Source: Methanothermobacter marburgensis str. Marburg (lineage in GTDB: Archaea > Methanobacteriota > Methanobacteria > Methanobacteriales > Methanothermobacteraceae). Taken from it: DNA of 32,000 nucleotides. A program made the translations under genes and the position numbers. This document shows, in pieces, positions 31,901 through 32,000 of the stretch. Positions within the stretch are counted from its first letter, which is position 1. Every line of letters starts with the position of its first letter. The notes under the pieces are model-generated. The model saw nothing but the letters and a program-made list of their open reading frames with translations, was not told the origin of the DNA and did not search any database. The DNA lies in the NCBI RefSeq assembly GCF_000145295.1, contig NC_014408.1, forward strand, positions 810,001 through 842,000, given 5' to 3'.

Positions 31901-32000
31901 CCCTGAACTCGTCGGAATGGTGATGTGGGGTACAGAGCTTCTGAGGACCGATGGTGTTGCCATTGCAGAGTTCATGTACCTCCTTGGGGTTAAGCCACAG
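28905..32000 (+). CDS. CobN/Mg-chelatase-H family protein with an N-terminal signal peptide and a carboxypeptidase-regulatory-like beta-sandwich; 3' end lies beyond the window
   Basis: By my own translation the frame is open from 28881 to 32000, with no stop, so it is absent from the track. Motifs: AVILYSYPPGKDG, MIHLGTHGTLEFLPG, IIPLGLHSLG, VRPGLAGDP, VLPTGANFY. The N-terminus (I/M)KRFITVMAVILAVALTGTASA is a signal peptide. It is followed by GSVINETRTAADGSYRVTF. The conservative start is ATG 28926. ATT 28905 lies 4 nt after GGGAGGTGA. Confidence 0.9.
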   Translation, partial: MKRFITVMAVILAVALTGTASAAEVSGHIKEIYNETSGGYTTLQDALPVKNATITVIYNGSVINETRTAADGSYRVTFSDTFPVEVRISYHTYRPVTYTVTASRTLNHTFMPDIAIISSVPEKGRILESMGNRRIIYHDMWDPSSAASDWIMEYVNFAYLDMAMPGTGWGDSWYPYLLRSPANQRNMIAAAFGYPTDTDTDPYGGTGLNLLGGTPGNDTPDTVENTYIASYYALASGGAARENLENMIKYIQYLLGETTFNPVENNQGPVMAAPDWGLYHPDLGVMSVVAERSRIKAWIEGNPGLIPPYDSLRWIDQNFSAWAEDQRADIYRQFENWYTANKNMTGPFIVVVSYNPSPTVDAIIRQAEKEGRAIFNLYQGATNPAVSSLLEELALGVNGKGPLTRRIDAVISLYSWSLNYANLPSGGAVAEFERINIPVIKGVQLYSNSSLTNPLGAQYEWTWQVTIPGFEGVFSPIVVSYTDASWNEVVVQPGVEKIVKLADAWARLRELSNADKKIAVILYSYPPGKDGFTASYLDVFRSLHDLLVKLNETGYRVERIPDVEELYRIVSEFGNKGTWAQPLLERYVSEHRAELQASGQLLDVQKYLEWFSKLPEKLRSEVISKWGTAPGNIMTVNGSIVIPGIMLGNIFVTVQPARGWDEVTDYHNPYLPPHHQYIAFYRWLENVFMANAMIHLGTHGTLEFLPGRMIGLMEDDWPFQLTGIPNIYPYIVSNPGEGMVAKDRSGALIIDHMTPAMVESGLYGKLIEIHDLIHQYENALKVGNSQILPALESQIRSRASEMGFNMSGNFTDALERLHLSLHEIESDIIPLGLHSLGRVLEGEELVEEVLTIASSRSEFLENIRKTIYPSKPAYTEMLKDPLRYSDEIASVKNLARTWIRNIINGTAPAGINGTDLEFINETIRKIRGNTEWQSLLSALGGGFVRPGLAGDPAWCDVLPTGANFYATNPKKMPTKAAWETAKRITDTLLAEYYMKHGKFPELVGMVMWGTELLRTDGVAIAEFMYLLGVKPQ

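Noticed and set aside
1-32000. Search for tRNA, rRNA, CRISPR arrays and IS elements
   Set aside because: I noticed no cloverleaf-like GTTCGAATC-type T-arm outside coding frames, no regularly spaced 25-40-bp repeats and no transposase-like ORF. This was a by-eye scan only, so small RNAs could have been missed.

Overview
This window looks like chromosomal DNA of a thermophilic hydrogenotrophic methanogen, probably Methanothermobacter-like. That is inferred from an Hmd-paralogue gene, a secreted CobN-family chelatase, roughly 50% G+C flanks and GGAGGTGAT-type ribosome-binding sites. I can support 25 protein-coding genes. I saw no rRNA, tRNA, CRISPR array, transposase or integrase. The left flank (1-6636) has normal G+C. 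It holds a truncated DUF4011/SF1 helicase, two small membrane proteins, an MrfB(YprB)-like exonuclease paired with an MrfA(YprA)-like DEXH/DUF1998 helicase, a lipoprotein staphylococcal-type nuclease and a small membrane protein. The right flank (18487-32000) holds a Roadblock/LC7 protein, an Hmd paralogue, a K+ channel, two YbjQ-domain proteins and two tandem paralogous lipoproteins. It continues with a UvrD-type helicase fused to a Cas4/RecB-like nuclease, two hypothetical genes behind a duplicated promoter, and the first ~1030 codons of a CobN-like chelatase with a signal peptide. The centre (about 6637-18486) is a sharply AT-rich 11.8-kb island of seven genes (about 25-32% G+C by hand sampling). 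Its core is a tightly packed minus-strand operon: TGT/DpdA-like base-exchange enzyme -> NurA-like nuclease -> HerA-like ATPase -> 1411-aa P-loop NTPase. Three further genes accompany it: a 587-aa protein with a DUF4007-like N-terminus, a catalytically degenerate double-LAGLIDADG protein fused to a ribbon-helix-helix domain, and a 166-aa protein. I do not recognise this combination as any named defence or modification system (not Dpd, Qat, type IV CBASS, Ssp/Dnd or BREX as I know them), so it is my main candidate for a new system. All functional calls rest on motif recognition by eye; no database search or computation was possible.
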